IMG/VR virus record: IMGVR_UViG_3300037424_001387
Span: 539 to 64,538 of that record
Length of the DNA: 64,000 bases
Strand: one strand, 5' to 3'
Source: a virus
Taxonomy: Duplodnaviria; Caudoviricetes
Made by a program: the position numbers and the translations under genes. Within the stretch, counting starts at the first letter, position 1. Each line of letters begins with the position of its first letter. This document shows, one piece after another, positions 18,962-28,967 of this stretch. Below the pieces are notes generated by a model that was given only the letters and a program-made list of their open reading frames with translations, had not been told where the DNA came from and searched no databases.

Positions 18962-19463
18962 TTGCTTCGGCCGGCGATCCCTCCATCGAAGCTTCGGTTA
19001 TGGCCCAGATAATCCCGTTCTTATCAGCCGGAGTCTTGAGTTTAACTTTATCAACATAATAAATTCGCCGGTCTTCCGGGTCGGTGGGGATAATATCGCC
19101 GAATAATTGTTCTCGCCGCGTTGCCCAGGCATCATCGGCCGGCAGGTTGCTTTTAACACCCTCGTAATAAACAAGCTTGGTCCGCTTTTCAATTGCGGCA
19201 TTCATTCGGTTAACCGCTTCTAAGTGCAGGGTAAAAGCGGTAACTTCTTCTTCACTGGCATCTTTGATGGTAACGGCGGTATGAGGGTGGTACTCAATAT
19301 CACCACCGACAGTTTCAACTGTGTAGGTGGGTGGGTCAATCGGTTCACCCCGCAGCCTAAACTCTTGGACTACGGCCTGTTGGGCTAGTTGGACATCCAA
19401 AAGAGAAATAGGGCCAATGGGTAAATCTTCACCGGATGAAGTAGTAAAAAATCGCTGTTTCAT
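18804..19463 (-). CDS. Tail assembly chaperone
   Basis: Between tail tube and TMP; GGAG RBS. Confidence 0.6.
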   Translation of the reverse strand: MKQRFFTTSSGEDLPIGPISLLDVQLAQQAVVQEFRLRGEPIDPPTYTVETVGGDIEYHPHTAVTIKDASEEEVTAFTLHLEAVNRMNAAIEKRTKLVYYEGVKSNLPADDAWATRREQLFGDIIPTDPEDRRIYYVDKVKLKTPADKNGIIWAITEASMEGSPAEAIEAARELFRGQIEQANRRAFNLPQNSTGQDNVVSQPTNEPGGSVEIVGNPAE

Positions 19464-19585
19464 ATTCTTTGCTCCCCTTTACAATAGAGATACCCCGTCT
19501 CGACCCTTTGGGGAGCGGCCGGGCAAAGACAGGGTATCTCGATTACTGCCAAATTTAGCCGCTATCATTTGGCAGATTTGATAAA

Positions 19586-21088
19586 TTAGGCCGGGTAGGC
19601 GTTAATCTTGAGGATAACCGCCGTGCCGCCGCTTGGCTCACCAACGGCGTGAGCTAAGTTACAATCGTGGACTACCAGGGCATTAAGCCCGGCGTTGGTG
19701 GGGGTTACTAACCCCTCCCAGGTATAGCCGCCGTCAACCGTCCTCAGAACCGTACCAACCGGCGCGGCTGTATTAGCCAGCATATAGCCGCACAGGTCAG
19801 ACGAAAAGCCAATATCAGGCAACGTAGCCATACCGGCCGAACCGGGATAAGTGCGCTGTGCCCAGGCTACGCCGTCATTTTCGGAATACCAGAGTTGTCC
19901 GTCATTGTAACCAATCCACCACCGCCCGGAGTAGGTCAGGGCGATAATGGCATCAGCCGCCTGAGCCGCCGGGCCGGTGACAGCGGTCCACGTCTGGCCG
20001 CCATCGGTCGTTTGCATAATGGCGTTAGCCGCCCCGGCAACAAAACCGGTGTTTTCGTCGGCAAAAAAGACACAGTTGAGATTTCCGGCCGTGATAACGC
20101 CGCTTTCCTGAGCAGTCCAACTTTCGGTCGCGTCACCGGAGAAGTAAATATAGCCACCGGTGGTCGTAAGCCAAATGTTGTTAGGGTCAAGGATAAACAG
20201 ACAGTTATTGTCAGGTCCATACTGACCATTGACCGTTCCGACATTGACATTCACCCACGTCACCCCGTCATCATCGCTATAGGCGATTTCGGCCGGATTG
20301 CCGGCGTCGGCCGTACCACGAACAGCGATTCGTCGGGTCGTGTTTTTGTCCAGTTGGAAACAACCAACGGCTATAACAATCTCACCAACAGCAAACGGGT
20401 CCGCTGCTGTGGCGTCCCAATCAGCGCCGCCGTCATCTGTAATCAAGATTTCGGCATTTCCGCCAGGACTCCCGGCTACAGTATCACCGCCGGTCATCAG
20501 GTATTGCCCCAGGTCGATTGACGCGGTATCACATTGGCCCGGACACTGTTCACCCGCACACACGGCGATATCGTTCAGGGCTTGCGTTTCCGTAGTCGAT
20601 TGCCGATCAACACGTGGTCGGAAAATCTCAAAAACTGGCGGGTTGCCGGAAATGTCCAAGGATCGCTCACTCGCCGTGTCTTCTTCTCTGTTGACAATGT
20701 TGGCCCACGTTTGGGAAGTAATCCGATTTACATCGATTGCCAGTCCCCGGTCGTAATTGGCAAAAACATCCCGCCGGACTCCGTCGCCGCACATTAGCAG
20801 GGCGTACAGCGTAAACGGGCAGCGTAACCGTTCCAAAACGCCGGCTGTCTTAAACATCAGGCCGGTAATGGTGGTAGTAACCGGGTCGGGGGGAGCCTGT
20901 GTTTGGCCGACAGTCACATACCCCGATCCGTTCGGGTTAAAACACCGGATCAACTCAATATCCCCCTGGGGGGATTCAATGTCATCCAACGTAACGCAGC
21001 CGACATACTCCGGTTTAGTATTCGGACCTTTTTTCTGAACAAACAACGCCCCGTTCCCGGTCTTCAGGGCATCCGCTGGTAAACTCAT
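19586..21088 (-). CDS. Major tail (tube) protein with C-terminal BNR/YCF48-like propeller
   Basis: Position; TDDGGADW, SDDDGVTW, TTDGGQTW, TVDGGYTW repeats. Confidence 0.7.
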   Translation of the reverse strand: MSLPADALKTGNGALFVQKKGPNTKPEYVGCVTLDDIESPQGDIELIRCFNPNGSGYVTVGQTQAPPDPVTTTITGLMFKTAGVLERLRCPFTLYALLMCGDGVRRDVFANYDRGLAIDVNRITSQTWANIVNREEDTASERSLDISGNPPVFEIFRPRVDRQSTTETQALNDIAVCAGEQCPGQCDTASIDLGQYLMTGGDTVAGSPGGNAEILITDDGGADWDATAADPFAVGEIVIAVGCFQLDKNTTRRIAVRGTADAGNPAEIAYSDDDGVTWVNVNVGTVNGQYGPDNNCLFILDPNNIWLTTTGGYIYFSGDATESWTAQESGVITAGNLNCVFFADENTGFVAGAANAIMQTTDGGQTWTAVTGPAAQAADAIIALTYSGRWWIGYNDGQLWYSENDGVAWAQRTYPGSAGMATLPDIGFSSDLCGYMLANTAAPVGTVLRTVDGGYTWEGLVTPTNAGLNALVVHDCNLAHAVGEPSGGTAVILKINAYPA

Positions 21089-21429
21089 TTCAAATTCTCC
21101 TTTGCGATCCTCATTATTGTGCTAAAATCAATTGAGTAAGCGGCCTGTACCGCCCCTTGAACAGCCGGCGCGTTTTTAAGCGCATCCTCTGCCGTCCAAA
21201 TACCGGCCCGGCGTAGCTCTGCTTCGATCCGTTTGGAGTTTGTTGACGGTGTAACTAAATTTGCCCAGGCCAATCCATAGGGGATGCCTAAAGCTAAATC
21301 GTTGTCGTCAATAACATTGTCAACAACCGCCGAGACGGGAACAATTACCCGCTTTGTTTCGTTGCCGTCTTGATATTCCACTAAGGCCGATTGTTTATCT
21401 GACCTTACAACTTTTATGTCTTGTTTCAT
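21085..21429 (-). CDS. Hypothetical virion/neck-region protein
   Basis: Coupled ORF in morphogenesis operon. Confidence 0.55.
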   Translation of the reverse strand: MKQDIKVVRSDKQSALVEYQDGNETKRVIVPVSAVVDNVIDDNDLALGIPYGLAWANLVTPSTNSKRIEAELRRAGIWTAEDALKNAPAVQGAVQAAYSIDFSTIMRIAKENLK

Positions 21430-21893
21430 ATGCTATGCCCCGATTTCTTGGCGGCCTGATTAGCCGCCTGTTCTACACGTTGGGAAAATTTAGGTTCTTC
21501 CTGATCCTGAACCATTTCTTCAAATTCACGCGCTTTGATACCAGGCCGGGGGCGGCGCTTATCAACATAGAGCAAGCCACCCCGCCCCGCCCCGCTTCCA
21601 AGTACTCTTGGTTGCGTCTTTGCGACAAAATCAGTTGTCATTGTGGCGTATCTTACGGATGTTCCCCTGGTAACATACCGGTATTTGTCGTCTTCGGTCG
21701 TGATTAAGCCGACAATCTTAGTCGAACTGGCGTCAATGCTCTTAATAAAATCTGGCTTATCTTGCCAGGTTGAATAGGTTTTCCCGAATGCGACATCAGC
21801 CGAATCAATGGTCTTTTTAACGGCTTCTGTAAATTCTTTTACAAAAACGGCTGTATCTATCTTCCGTGGAATAATTGCCCTGGCCTTAATCAT
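21426..21893 (-). CDS. Putative neck/tail-completion protein
   Basis: RPRPGIKAREF motif typical of gp10-like neck proteins; position. Confidence 0.55.
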   Translation of the reverse strand: MIKARAIIPRKIDTAVFVKEFTEAVKKTIDSADVAFGKTYSTWQDKPDFIKSIDASSTKIVGLITTEDDKYRYVTRGTSVRYATMTTDFVAKTQPRVLGSGAGRGGLLYVDKRRPRPGIKAREFEEMVQDQEEPKFSQRVEQAANQAAKKSGHSI

Positions 21894-22960
21894 TAGAGGT
21901 TGCTCCCACGGAAGATTTTCATAGCGTGGGCGAATTTGTAGGCTACCCAGGCCCCATCTGGTAGACCAAACGGGCAGTTCAACCGTTCGCGTGTCAAGAC
22001 TTCAGGAATATTTCTATCACGGCCCCACAGCCGCTTGGCAACATCACACCCGCACGGCTCCTCAGGCATTTTGGCGTGGGCAAGTCTGATAATGGCGTCC
22101 TCGGCTTGATAAGTCAGGCGGTCCATACCGGCCCGATAATTTAGCCGGATAATTTCAGGACATCCACCGCACAAGCCAGATACCGACCCGGTTTGTCTTA
22201 CGTTAATAATCCCAAGCCGCTTGTTTTTAACATAGATACAGCCGGCTGTTGTCTGCTCGGTACAATCACAATCACACGATAGACCGCCGCAGCTATGAGG
22301 ATAGACAAAAGTCACCTGCACGGCAGTTGAGTTATAGACTCTCTTTACGTCAACCGTCGCTTCAAAGTTAGCCGGGTCGGTGTAGGCCAGGCCAGTACTC
22401 GGATTGTCGGCTACTGCTTCCGTTACCATTCGGCAACGCGGTATTTCAATGGTTACAAAACCGCCAGCTATGGTAATCGAACTTGGGTCAATCTCAACAT
22501 CAGAGCCAGGATGAAAAATCTTAACCTCGTCGATGTTTGTAACCGTTGTCGCAATTGGTCCGACAACAGCCGGGTCTGTAGCGTGATTGACTACTGCACC
22601 CACCAGAATAGTGCTGGTTGCCTGAATACCCGCCTCGATAAACAACGACCATTTTGTAGTAAGCTGCCACTTAAGAGATTGCCAGTCTTGCCACTTTTCA
22701 GTTTGCCCTTGCCCAATCCATCGGGGAGCAAGAAAATAACCGGTCTCCTGTTCTATTTCCTCTTGTGCTTCGGCCAGGTATTTGGCAACCATATCCCGTT
22801 GCGGTTTGGTCCAAATCTCTTGGCATTGAAAACCGGTGTCAATATCAGCATTCACTCCCCAAAAATTACATTCAGGATAGCCGATAATTTGAGCGTATCG
22901 GGCAAGCCTAACCGCGCTCTGTTCATTTACCAGTCTTGTGGCCGTTGCTACAATTGTCAT
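21893..22960 (-). CDS. Putative head-tail connector protein
   Basis: LAEAQEEIEQETGYFLAP; start MTIVAT coupled by ATGA overlap. Confidence 0.6.
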   Translation of the reverse strand: MTIVATATRLVNEQSAVRLARYAQIIGYPECNFWGVNADIDTGFQCQEIWTKPQRDMVAKYLAEAQEEIEQETGYFLAPRWIGQGQTEKWQDWQSLKWQLTTKWSLFIEAGIQATSTILVGAVVNHATDPAVVGPIATTVTNIDEVKIFHPGSDVEIDPSSITIAGGFVTIEIPRCRMVTEAVADNPSTGLAYTDPANFEATVDVKRVYNSTAVQVTFVYPHSCGGLSCDCDCTEQTTAGCIYVKNKRLGIINVRQTGSVSGLCGGCPEIIRLNYRAGMDRLTYQAEDAIIRLAHAKMPEEPCGCDVAKRLWGRDRNIPEVLTRERLNCPFGLPDGAWVAYKFAHAMKIFRGSNL

Positions 22961-23265
22961 TGTCCAATCTCCTGCAACAACGATTGCCCCCCGGCGATTG
23001 CCAGCCAGTAAAGGACCAATAGCCAGTCGAACTGGAAAAGAGCTATGGCAAAAATAAACGCCATCCATACCCCTACACAGTGCGGGCAACTGATGCCTCG
23101 TCCAAAATTGGTTACTGCCTGCCCGTTGGGGCCATAGTCATAAGCGCCGCCGGCCGCCCTGATATTCAAAAATAGCCCACCCGGCCCTTCATCAAGAGCG
23201 ATAAGGCGAGATAGGCGGTAGCAGGCCAGGATAGCCAGGGCAAGCAAAAACCAATTATTTCCCAC
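22957..23265 (-). CDS. DUF1360-like membrane protein
   Basis: LACYRLSRLIALDEGP...ISCPHCVGVW. Confidence 0.75.
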   Translation of the reverse strand: MGNNWFLLALAILACYRLSRLIALDEGPGGLFLNIRAAGGAYDYGPNGQAVTNFGRGISCPHCVGVWMAFIFAIALFQFDWLLVLYWLAIAGGQSLLQEIGQ

Positions 23266-25156
23266 TGATAGCCTCTTGAATAGCGGTTATCGCCCCTTTA
23301 CGGTTTTTGTCACCCCGCTCTTTTCTGAGCATTTCTTCCAGTTGAAATAGGTCTGATTTAGCTACTATCTCAGAAACTTCCTTGACCGACAATTCGGAAG
23401 GATCAGGGAATGAAAGGTCAATGCCCTGAAATACATTTTTACCTTTGGCCTCAACATCTTCGGCAATTTCTGCCACAATCTCAACCGGGTAAGTGGGTAT
23501 TTTGACCTCGACTACAGGGGCGGGAGTCGGAATCTGTGGGGGTAACTTGGGCGGGTTGTAAACCTTAAACTGCTTACGCCCCTTTTCGCTGATTTCGAGC
23601 ATACCGGGCACATCCCGGCTATCAACATACCCACGTTTTTTGCCACCACCTAAAAGGTAATTGGTTTTTGTTACCGGCCCCGCCCAGGTCATATCCCCTG
23701 AGTTTGTGCCGGTATACTCAAGGATTGCCATACCATCCCGCCCCGGTAAATATTTCGTCGCCATTGCCACCCCTCCCCCGCTCGGTTTTGCACCTTTCGG
23801 ACTTGATTTTTGACCACAACACATATTAGGACGCTCCCCCCGGTAAATACCGGGATAAAGTGACTTGATTTGTTCGAAGAACACAGGACGCATATACTTC
23901 CCGGCGCTTCGTTGGGTCCTGCTTTGCCCTTCCTGCCGGTAAAGATAAAGAGGTTGTCGCAAGTGGACCCCGCACCACCCCTTAATGCCCAGGGCAATGT
24001 TAAAGGCCCAATCCTCCCGCCCTTTGTTCATTGTTTCAGGATAACCACCGGCCTCTTGCCACGCTTTCTTAGGAAACAAAATACCCTTGTGAACACCGTT
24101 TTTGTAGATGATTTCCTCAAAATCATAGTCAGGCATCTCCCAAGTTTTTCCTACTTTACCGTTGGCTATGACTCTCATATCATCATAAACGATGCTATGA
24201 GGATTGAGCAGAGCCAGCCGGTATAACGACTCCAACCGGTTCGGCATCATCATATCATCAGCATCTAAAACGGTAATGTATTTTCCTTTTGCCGCTTCAA
24301 TCCCGGTATTAGCCGCCGCCGCGCTGCCCCCGTTTTGGCGCTGGATAAAGCGGATTCCTTTCCAGGGGTTAGCCAGGGCTTGCCCTATTTTGGCGCTGTC
24401 ATCGGTTGACCCGTCGTCAACTATAATAACCTCGAACGATTGAAACGATTGACCGGGTACTTTACCCAGGGAAGTATCACCGCCAATCAGAGAATTAACG
24501 GCGTCATTTAGATAACGACCGTAATTGTAACAGGTGATGACGACGCTTATCATTGGTGGCGTTCGGATAAACAGAGGTTTTTTAGCTGGTTCTTCTCTGA
24601 GAACTTGTTTAATTCCGTCGCCGTGATTCCCGTCTCTGGTATGGACAAAACCAGGGATGGAGACTAACGGTAGCGCCTCAAACCCGGCCCGGCAGGCTCT
24701 TAATTGATACTCGCAAGTTGATCCCCACAGGGGGTAATCCGTTTCATTCATCAGGCCGATTTTGGCAATCACATCACGGCGAATAAACATAAATGTACCG
24801 TGTATGTAGCCCATCGGCCAGGCCGGATGATTACCGGCTATCCTCTCACCGATAAGCCCGTATCTATCCCGCTCGTTTTCAATCGTTCTTTGCCAGTGGT
24901 CGTTTTGAAAGTACACATCCTGATTGAGGATTAAAACATCGGTGCTGGTCATCTGCAAGCCAACGTTAACCGCCCCGGTGAAGTAACCCTTTTTCTCAGG
25001 TCGAACAACGGCCACATTGGGCCAGTTTAGGACTAGTGGCTTATCGCTGTGATCGTCAACGATGATGACAGGCAAGTCAGCCGGCAACGTTTTGAGTAGC
25101 CGGTCTATTGTTTGAAAACCGTTAAAAAACGGGACGATGACTGTAAAGTCTTTCAC
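23255..25156 (-). CDS. Double GT2 glycosyltransferase fused to a C-terminal Rho-N-like virion domain
   Basis: Two GT-A domains (VIVPFFN..VDDHS..LNQD; VVITCYNY..VDDGSTD..LDADD..EDW); C-terminal LSVKEV..ERGDKNRKGAI; GTG start; directly after capsid gene. Confidence 0.85.
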   Translation of the reverse strand: MKDFTVIVPFFNGFQTIDRLLKTLPADLPVIIVDDHSDKPLVLNWPNVAVVRPEKKGYFTGAVNVGLQMTSTDVLILNQDVYFQNDHWQRTIENERDRYGLIGERIAGNHPAWPMGYIHGTFMFIRRDVIAKIGLMNETDYPLWGSTCEYQLRACRAGFEALPLVSIPGFVHTRDGNHGDGIKQVLREEPAKKPLFIRTPPMISVVITCYNYGRYLNDAVNSLIGGDTSLGKVPGQSFQSFEVIIVDDGSTDDSAKIGQALANPWKGIRFIQRQNGGSAAAANTGIEAAKGKYITVLDADDMMMPNRLESLYRLALLNPHSIVYDDMRVIANGKVGKTWEMPDYDFEEIIYKNGVHKGILFPKKAWQEAGGYPETMNKGREDWAFNIALGIKGWCGVHLRQPLYLYRQEGQSRTQRSAGKYMRPVFFEQIKSLYPGIYRGERPNMCCGQKSSPKGAKPSGGGVAMATKYLPGRDGMAILEYTGTNSGDMTWAGPVTKTNYLLGGGKKRGYVDSRDVPGMLEISEKGRKQFKVYNPPKLPPQIPTPAPVVEVKIPTYPVEIVAEIAEDVEAKGKNVFQGIDLSFPDPSELSVKEVSEIVAKSDLFQLEEMLRKERGDKNRKGAITAIQEAISGK

Positions 25157-25207
25157 ACGCTCCCCTCATAGAGGGGGAGGATCAACCCTCCCCCTCTTAA
25201 AATCACG

Positions 25208-26569
25208 TTACGGGCAAGTGGCCGGCGTAAAGCTGGTTTCAGGGTAGAACGAAGTATCGGCCGGATTAGGTGACAGCGGGCCGGTTGGCGTGTGGCAAGA
25301 AATATTCTGGAATCTGGCTTGTGCCCAGGGTGCCATACACCACAGCCGAGGTGCCATCCACAGTTTGAGGATACGGCAGAGGTTATCAACCTCAACCAAC
25401 CCCAAAACGCGGCCGTTATCACGGCTGAAATAGCCCAGGTCAGCCCCGGTGACACCGTTAGCGCCCATTAGCTCTCTCATAGCAACTTCGGCGCTCAGGT
25501 GCTCCCCTTCCCAAACCCGCTGGCTGCCAATGGCCCCTGTCAGATAGTACAGGTCACCACGGGTCGGACCGTTAATCATTCCCCAATCATAGATAAGCAA
25601 TGGGATTTCGTCACCGTCGAGGAAAATCCGGCCGTGCCCGAACATACCGCCGTTAAGCTGGATACGGAAATCGTTCCGTTCAGGAACCTCTTTCACCAGG
25701 CGGGTGGCGTCGGTCGCGGTGTCGATCAAACTCGGACAGGTTGACCAGCAGGTGAAGAAATCCAGCAAACACCGGGCCATAAAACCAGGCAAGACAATAA
25801 TAGTATCACCAACTCGCCTCGCCTGATTACTCAAAAGCGGCGACCAGGATGTGCGCTCTTTGACGTTGCGGTGGATATCCTGTAACCAGTCCACCAGATT
25901 AAACCCGGCCGGTGCAGCGCCCCCGTTCAGGGTAATGCCAGCCCCGCCGCTCATTGGGTTGTTGTTCCAATTGACCACGTATGAGTTTAAGGCGGTACAG
26001 TCGTAGCCGGTTCTTACCCATCGTTGCAGGCCGTCAAACTGACCGGGGGTGGCGGTGTTTCCGGTAACAACGGCAACCCGAACGTCATTTAGAATTTGGT
26101 CCATTGTAAACATCGAGTCCCAATCAAATTCGCTGGTGATGGGCGACCCGTCCAAAAACTTACGCGGGCTGTTCTTGCACCACCGGGAAGGTTTCAAAAG
26201 CTTACGTGTCGGCCCTTCCCGGCCATACAGGCCGAAGTCCTCAACGTCAAGATGACAGCCGCCAAATTCAATCCCGTTCGGGTCGGCGCAGGGGTTAGAG
26301 ATGTATCCAACCGTGTCAGCCCGGTTCTCTTGCGCCGGCCGGACATAGTTGATAAAATCAACCCGGCGATAACACACATCGGTGGGGTTAAAGCCCATCC
26401 AATCGAGTAAGCCAAGCTGACCCCGGTAGTACAGGCTGAAAATCCCATCGGTGCAGTCATCAAAGAAATTACAACACCCGAACGGTGTTGCTTCCTCTGG
26501 ACTCGAAATAGCCAGCCGGTTAATTTGCCCATACGCCTGAATAAGACGTAAAACATCATTATCGTTCAT
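25208..26569 (-). CDS. Major capsid protein
   Basis: 453 aa after protease/scaffold; GQFDGLQRWV motif; followed by a hairpin. Confidence 0.75.
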   Translation of the reverse strand: MNDNDVLRLIQAYGQINRLAISSPEEATPFGCCNFFDDCTDGIFSLYYRGQLGLLDWMGFNPTDVCYRRVDFINYVRPAQENRADTVGYISNPCADPNGIEFGGCHLDVEDFGLYGREGPTRKLLKPSRWCKNSPRKFLDGSPITSEFDWDSMFTMDQILNDVRVAVVTGNTATPGQFDGLQRWVRTGYDCTALNSYVVNWNNNPMSGGAGITLNGGAAPAGFNLVDWLQDIHRNVKERTSWSPLLSNQARRVGDTIIVLPGFMARCLLDFFTCWSTCPSLIDTATDATRLVKEVPERNDFRIQLNGGMFGHGRIFLDGDEIPLLIYDWGMINGPTRGDLYYLTGAIGSQRVWEGEHLSAEVAMRELMGANGVTGADLGYFSRDNGRVLGLVEVDNLCRILKLWMAPRLWCMAPWAQARFQNISCHTPTGPLSPNPADTSFYPETSFTPATCP

Positions 26570-26594
26570 TGTCGTTTACCTCGTTTTCCTGAAA

Positions 26595-28247
26595 TTAGTA
26601 CGAATTTTTAGGCCGGATGGCGGCAGCCCGCTGGCTAAACGAGGCTTGCACCCCGTTTTCATCCGTGTTATTTGCTTCTCTTGGCCGGTAGGTTACGGTC
26701 GTTGCCTGATTTTTAACCCGGCGAGACAAGTCCTGTTGCCACCGTTCCCGCTTCTGTTCGTCGGTTTGCTCCAGGCTGGCAACGCGCACGGTTAACGCCT
26801 CAACCTGGCGGGTTAGGGTCTCAACCTGTTGACCGGCAATAACCAGGGCTTCGGTTGCCTGCTGTAACTGTTCGGTCAGGCCGGTAAAAAGTTCTGACCG
26901 GGTTACTGAATCGGTTAGAGCAGCCACGGCCGTATCGTCAAGCGTTAAGACCTGCTCCCCTTCTGGCTCCGGTTGTTCCTCAGTCTGCCGGGTAATCATC
27001 CCGGTAGTTTCAATGGCCCGGTTAGTGGCCCCGGCGTTTTGATCCAACCACTCCCGCGCTTTTTCCTCGTCACCGTTCCATAATTTTAAAAATGCTTCCC
27101 AGGCGGGTCCTGATAACATCCTGCTTACCTCCTGTCGGGTAGTTGTAAATAAATTAGCTGCCTCTTTTTCCGGCAGTGTTGAAATTTCCTTGTGAATGCC
27201 ATCGGTGTAAACCGGGATTCCAACCTCAGCAATTCGCATAATGTCCGGCTCAACCAATGGCAGATAGCCGATACTCTCCCCCCAATAGTCCGGCTCACGG
27301 TTGCGGGCTTCGATTTCAGCCAACGCCAGGGGGCTATCATCAAACAGGCCAGACGTAACGTAACAGTTACCGTCCCTGGCTAAAAAATCAGCCTGGCCAG
27401 TTCGGAACTTATCACCCTGATGATAAAATTGCCGAATAGGGTACTCTCCAGTTTCCTCGGCGTGTTTGATGAAATTGTCGTAAAGGGTCCGGCTGTCGAT
27501 TTCGCCCACCCGGTTAAGTACAGAGGTTGCGCTGATAGAAAACCACCGATAGCGACCATCGGTTCGGCGGGTAATCGTGGTTCGTGTTTGGCCTACAGGC
27601 GGGTGATTTTCCATCACTTCAACCGGTGCTCCCAACATTGGATCGTCACCCTGCATCATCACATCATACCGGTAAAGTTTGCCCCGGTCAGCGGTAATCA
27701 GATACATTCGGCCTTGATCGTGGTACAGGTCAATGATCCAGGGATAGGAGTCATCTTTCCCCATTTCTTCAAGCTTACCAAAGAGTTGTTCATAGATACG
27801 GCTCATTCCGATTGCCCGTTCTTCCGGTGGTTCTTTGCCAGCGACCTCGTAAACAGAAGCAGGGGCAACCCGGTCCATGTCCCCGTAAGCGGAAATGATT
27901 TTGTTGGCCGCCGATTTAATGGCGGTATCCCACGTCCCTTGTTCCACATCATCAGGCTTTTTTACCTGAGTAATCCCGCGCCCGCCCGCCGCAGCCATAA
28001 CCGCTTTATCAACAAAAACGTCTGCACCGTCGCCAGGGCCGCGAACGGGCAACATACAATGGGATTGCGCTTTTGTATCCCCCGTGTTTACGTCAATGAG
28101 GCAGGCCCGACAGTAAGCCTCGGTGGTATCAAACTGGCTAGCCGATCCGTCCCAGGAATCAACCATCTTGATTTTTCGCTGGACTTCGCCTAGTTCGGAT
28201 TCAAATAGGCTTTTGATCTGCTCCCAAATCTCTTTTAATTTGCTCAC
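26595..28247 (-). CDS. Prohead protease/scaffold fusion
   Basis: GGGAGG RBS before GTG; central protease-like SISATSVLNRVGEID..FYHQ; C-terminal coiled coil. Confidence 0.65.
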   Translation of the reverse strand: MSKLKEIWEQIKSLFESELGEVQRKIKMVDSWDGSASQFDTTEAYCRACLIDVNTGDTKAQSHCMLPVRGPGDGADVFVDKAVMAAAGGRGITQVKKPDDVEQGTWDTAIKSAANKIISAYGDMDRVAPASVYEVAGKEPPEERAIGMSRIYEQLFGKLEEMGKDDSYPWIIDLYHDQGRMYLITADRGKLYRYDVMMQGDDPMLGAPVEVMENHPPVGQTRTTITRRTDGRYRWFSISATSVLNRVGEIDSRTLYDNFIKHAEETGEYPIRQFYHQGDKFRTGQADFLARDGNCYVTSGLFDDSPLALAEIEARNREPDYWGESIGYLPLVEPDIMRIAEVGIPVYTDGIHKEISTLPEKEAANLFTTTRQEVSRMLSGPAWEAFLKLWNGDEEKAREWLDQNAGATNRAIETTGMITRQTEEQPEPEGEQVLTLDDTAVAALTDSVTRSELFTGLTEQLQQATEALVIAGQQVETLTRQVEALTVRVASLEQTDEQKRERWQQDLSRRVKNQATTVTYRPREANNTDENGVQASFSQRAAAIRPKNSY

Positions 28248-28339
28248 ATTTGGCCTCCCAAAAACAAAAAAGCCGCGCCGGTCACTTGGACCGTTACGGC
28301 TCATTGGCTACAAATTACGTATTTAATTACTTACCAGTC

Positions 28340-28369
28340 ATTATACCACACCTTTTACATAAACGTCAA
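28340..28369 (-). promoter_or_regulatory. Sigma70 promoter for head genes
   Basis: TTGACG-18nt-TATAAT, followed by a hairpin/U-tract leader at 28262-28305. Confidence 0.7.
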
Positions 28370-28383
28370 TGAAAACCAATATC

Positions 28384-28746
28384 CTATTTATAAATTAACT
28401 CCCAATCTGTTTTTGACTGACTGGTATGAATAATCTTCCCCAGGTTCTTGGCGTCTAAAACGTTACCGTCTTTATCAATAGAAATGCGAATTATGTTATC
28501 GTCAATCTCCACAAAGCGGGCCACGTTCTCTTGGCGTTCCGAGTCTAACCTTTTTAGTTTTACTGCAACTTCTAATAAATCACCGACTACACCCATCATA
28601 GCCACATTGCAGGCCGTAATAGTTCTGTCAACAGAACATTCTAGCGTCTCATAAGCTGCTCTAATATCGCTAGACGGAAATGGGAAGTGTTTTGCAAGAA
28701 CTTCTAAAATATCATTTGTGGTAGCTTTATCTCTTACTGATGTCAT
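28384..28746 (-). CDS. Hypothetical AT-rich protein
   Basis: ORF coupled to upstream gene. Confidence 0.55.
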   Translation of the reverse strand: MTSVRDKATTNDILEVLAKHFPFPSSDIRAAYETLECSVDRTITACNVAMMGVVGDLLEVAVKLKRLDSERQENVARFVEIDDNIIRISIDKDGNVLDAKNLGKIIHTSQSKTDWELIYK

Positions 28747-28967
28747 TCTTTAATCTCCCCTTTTGTTTCGTTATCTTTAACCGCCCTGGCAATATCAAGC
28801 AATGTGATAACGACCGACTCCGATCCACGAACCGCCGCCCGTTGCCGGTTCCGATCAAAAAAGACGAGCTGGCAATCGCCGGGCATTTTTAACACCCGAC
28901 AAAGTTTAACACCGTCACAGGTGTATAGGAATCCGTTTTTGATATAGACCGGCGGTTTCTCGCTCAT
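28743..28967 (-). CDS. Hypothetical protein
   Basis: ATGA overlaps on both sides. Confidence 0.55.
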   Translation of the reverse strand: MSEKPPVYIKNGFLYTCDGVKLCRVLKMPGDCQLVFFDRNRQRAAVRGSESVVITLLDIARAVKDNETKGEIKE

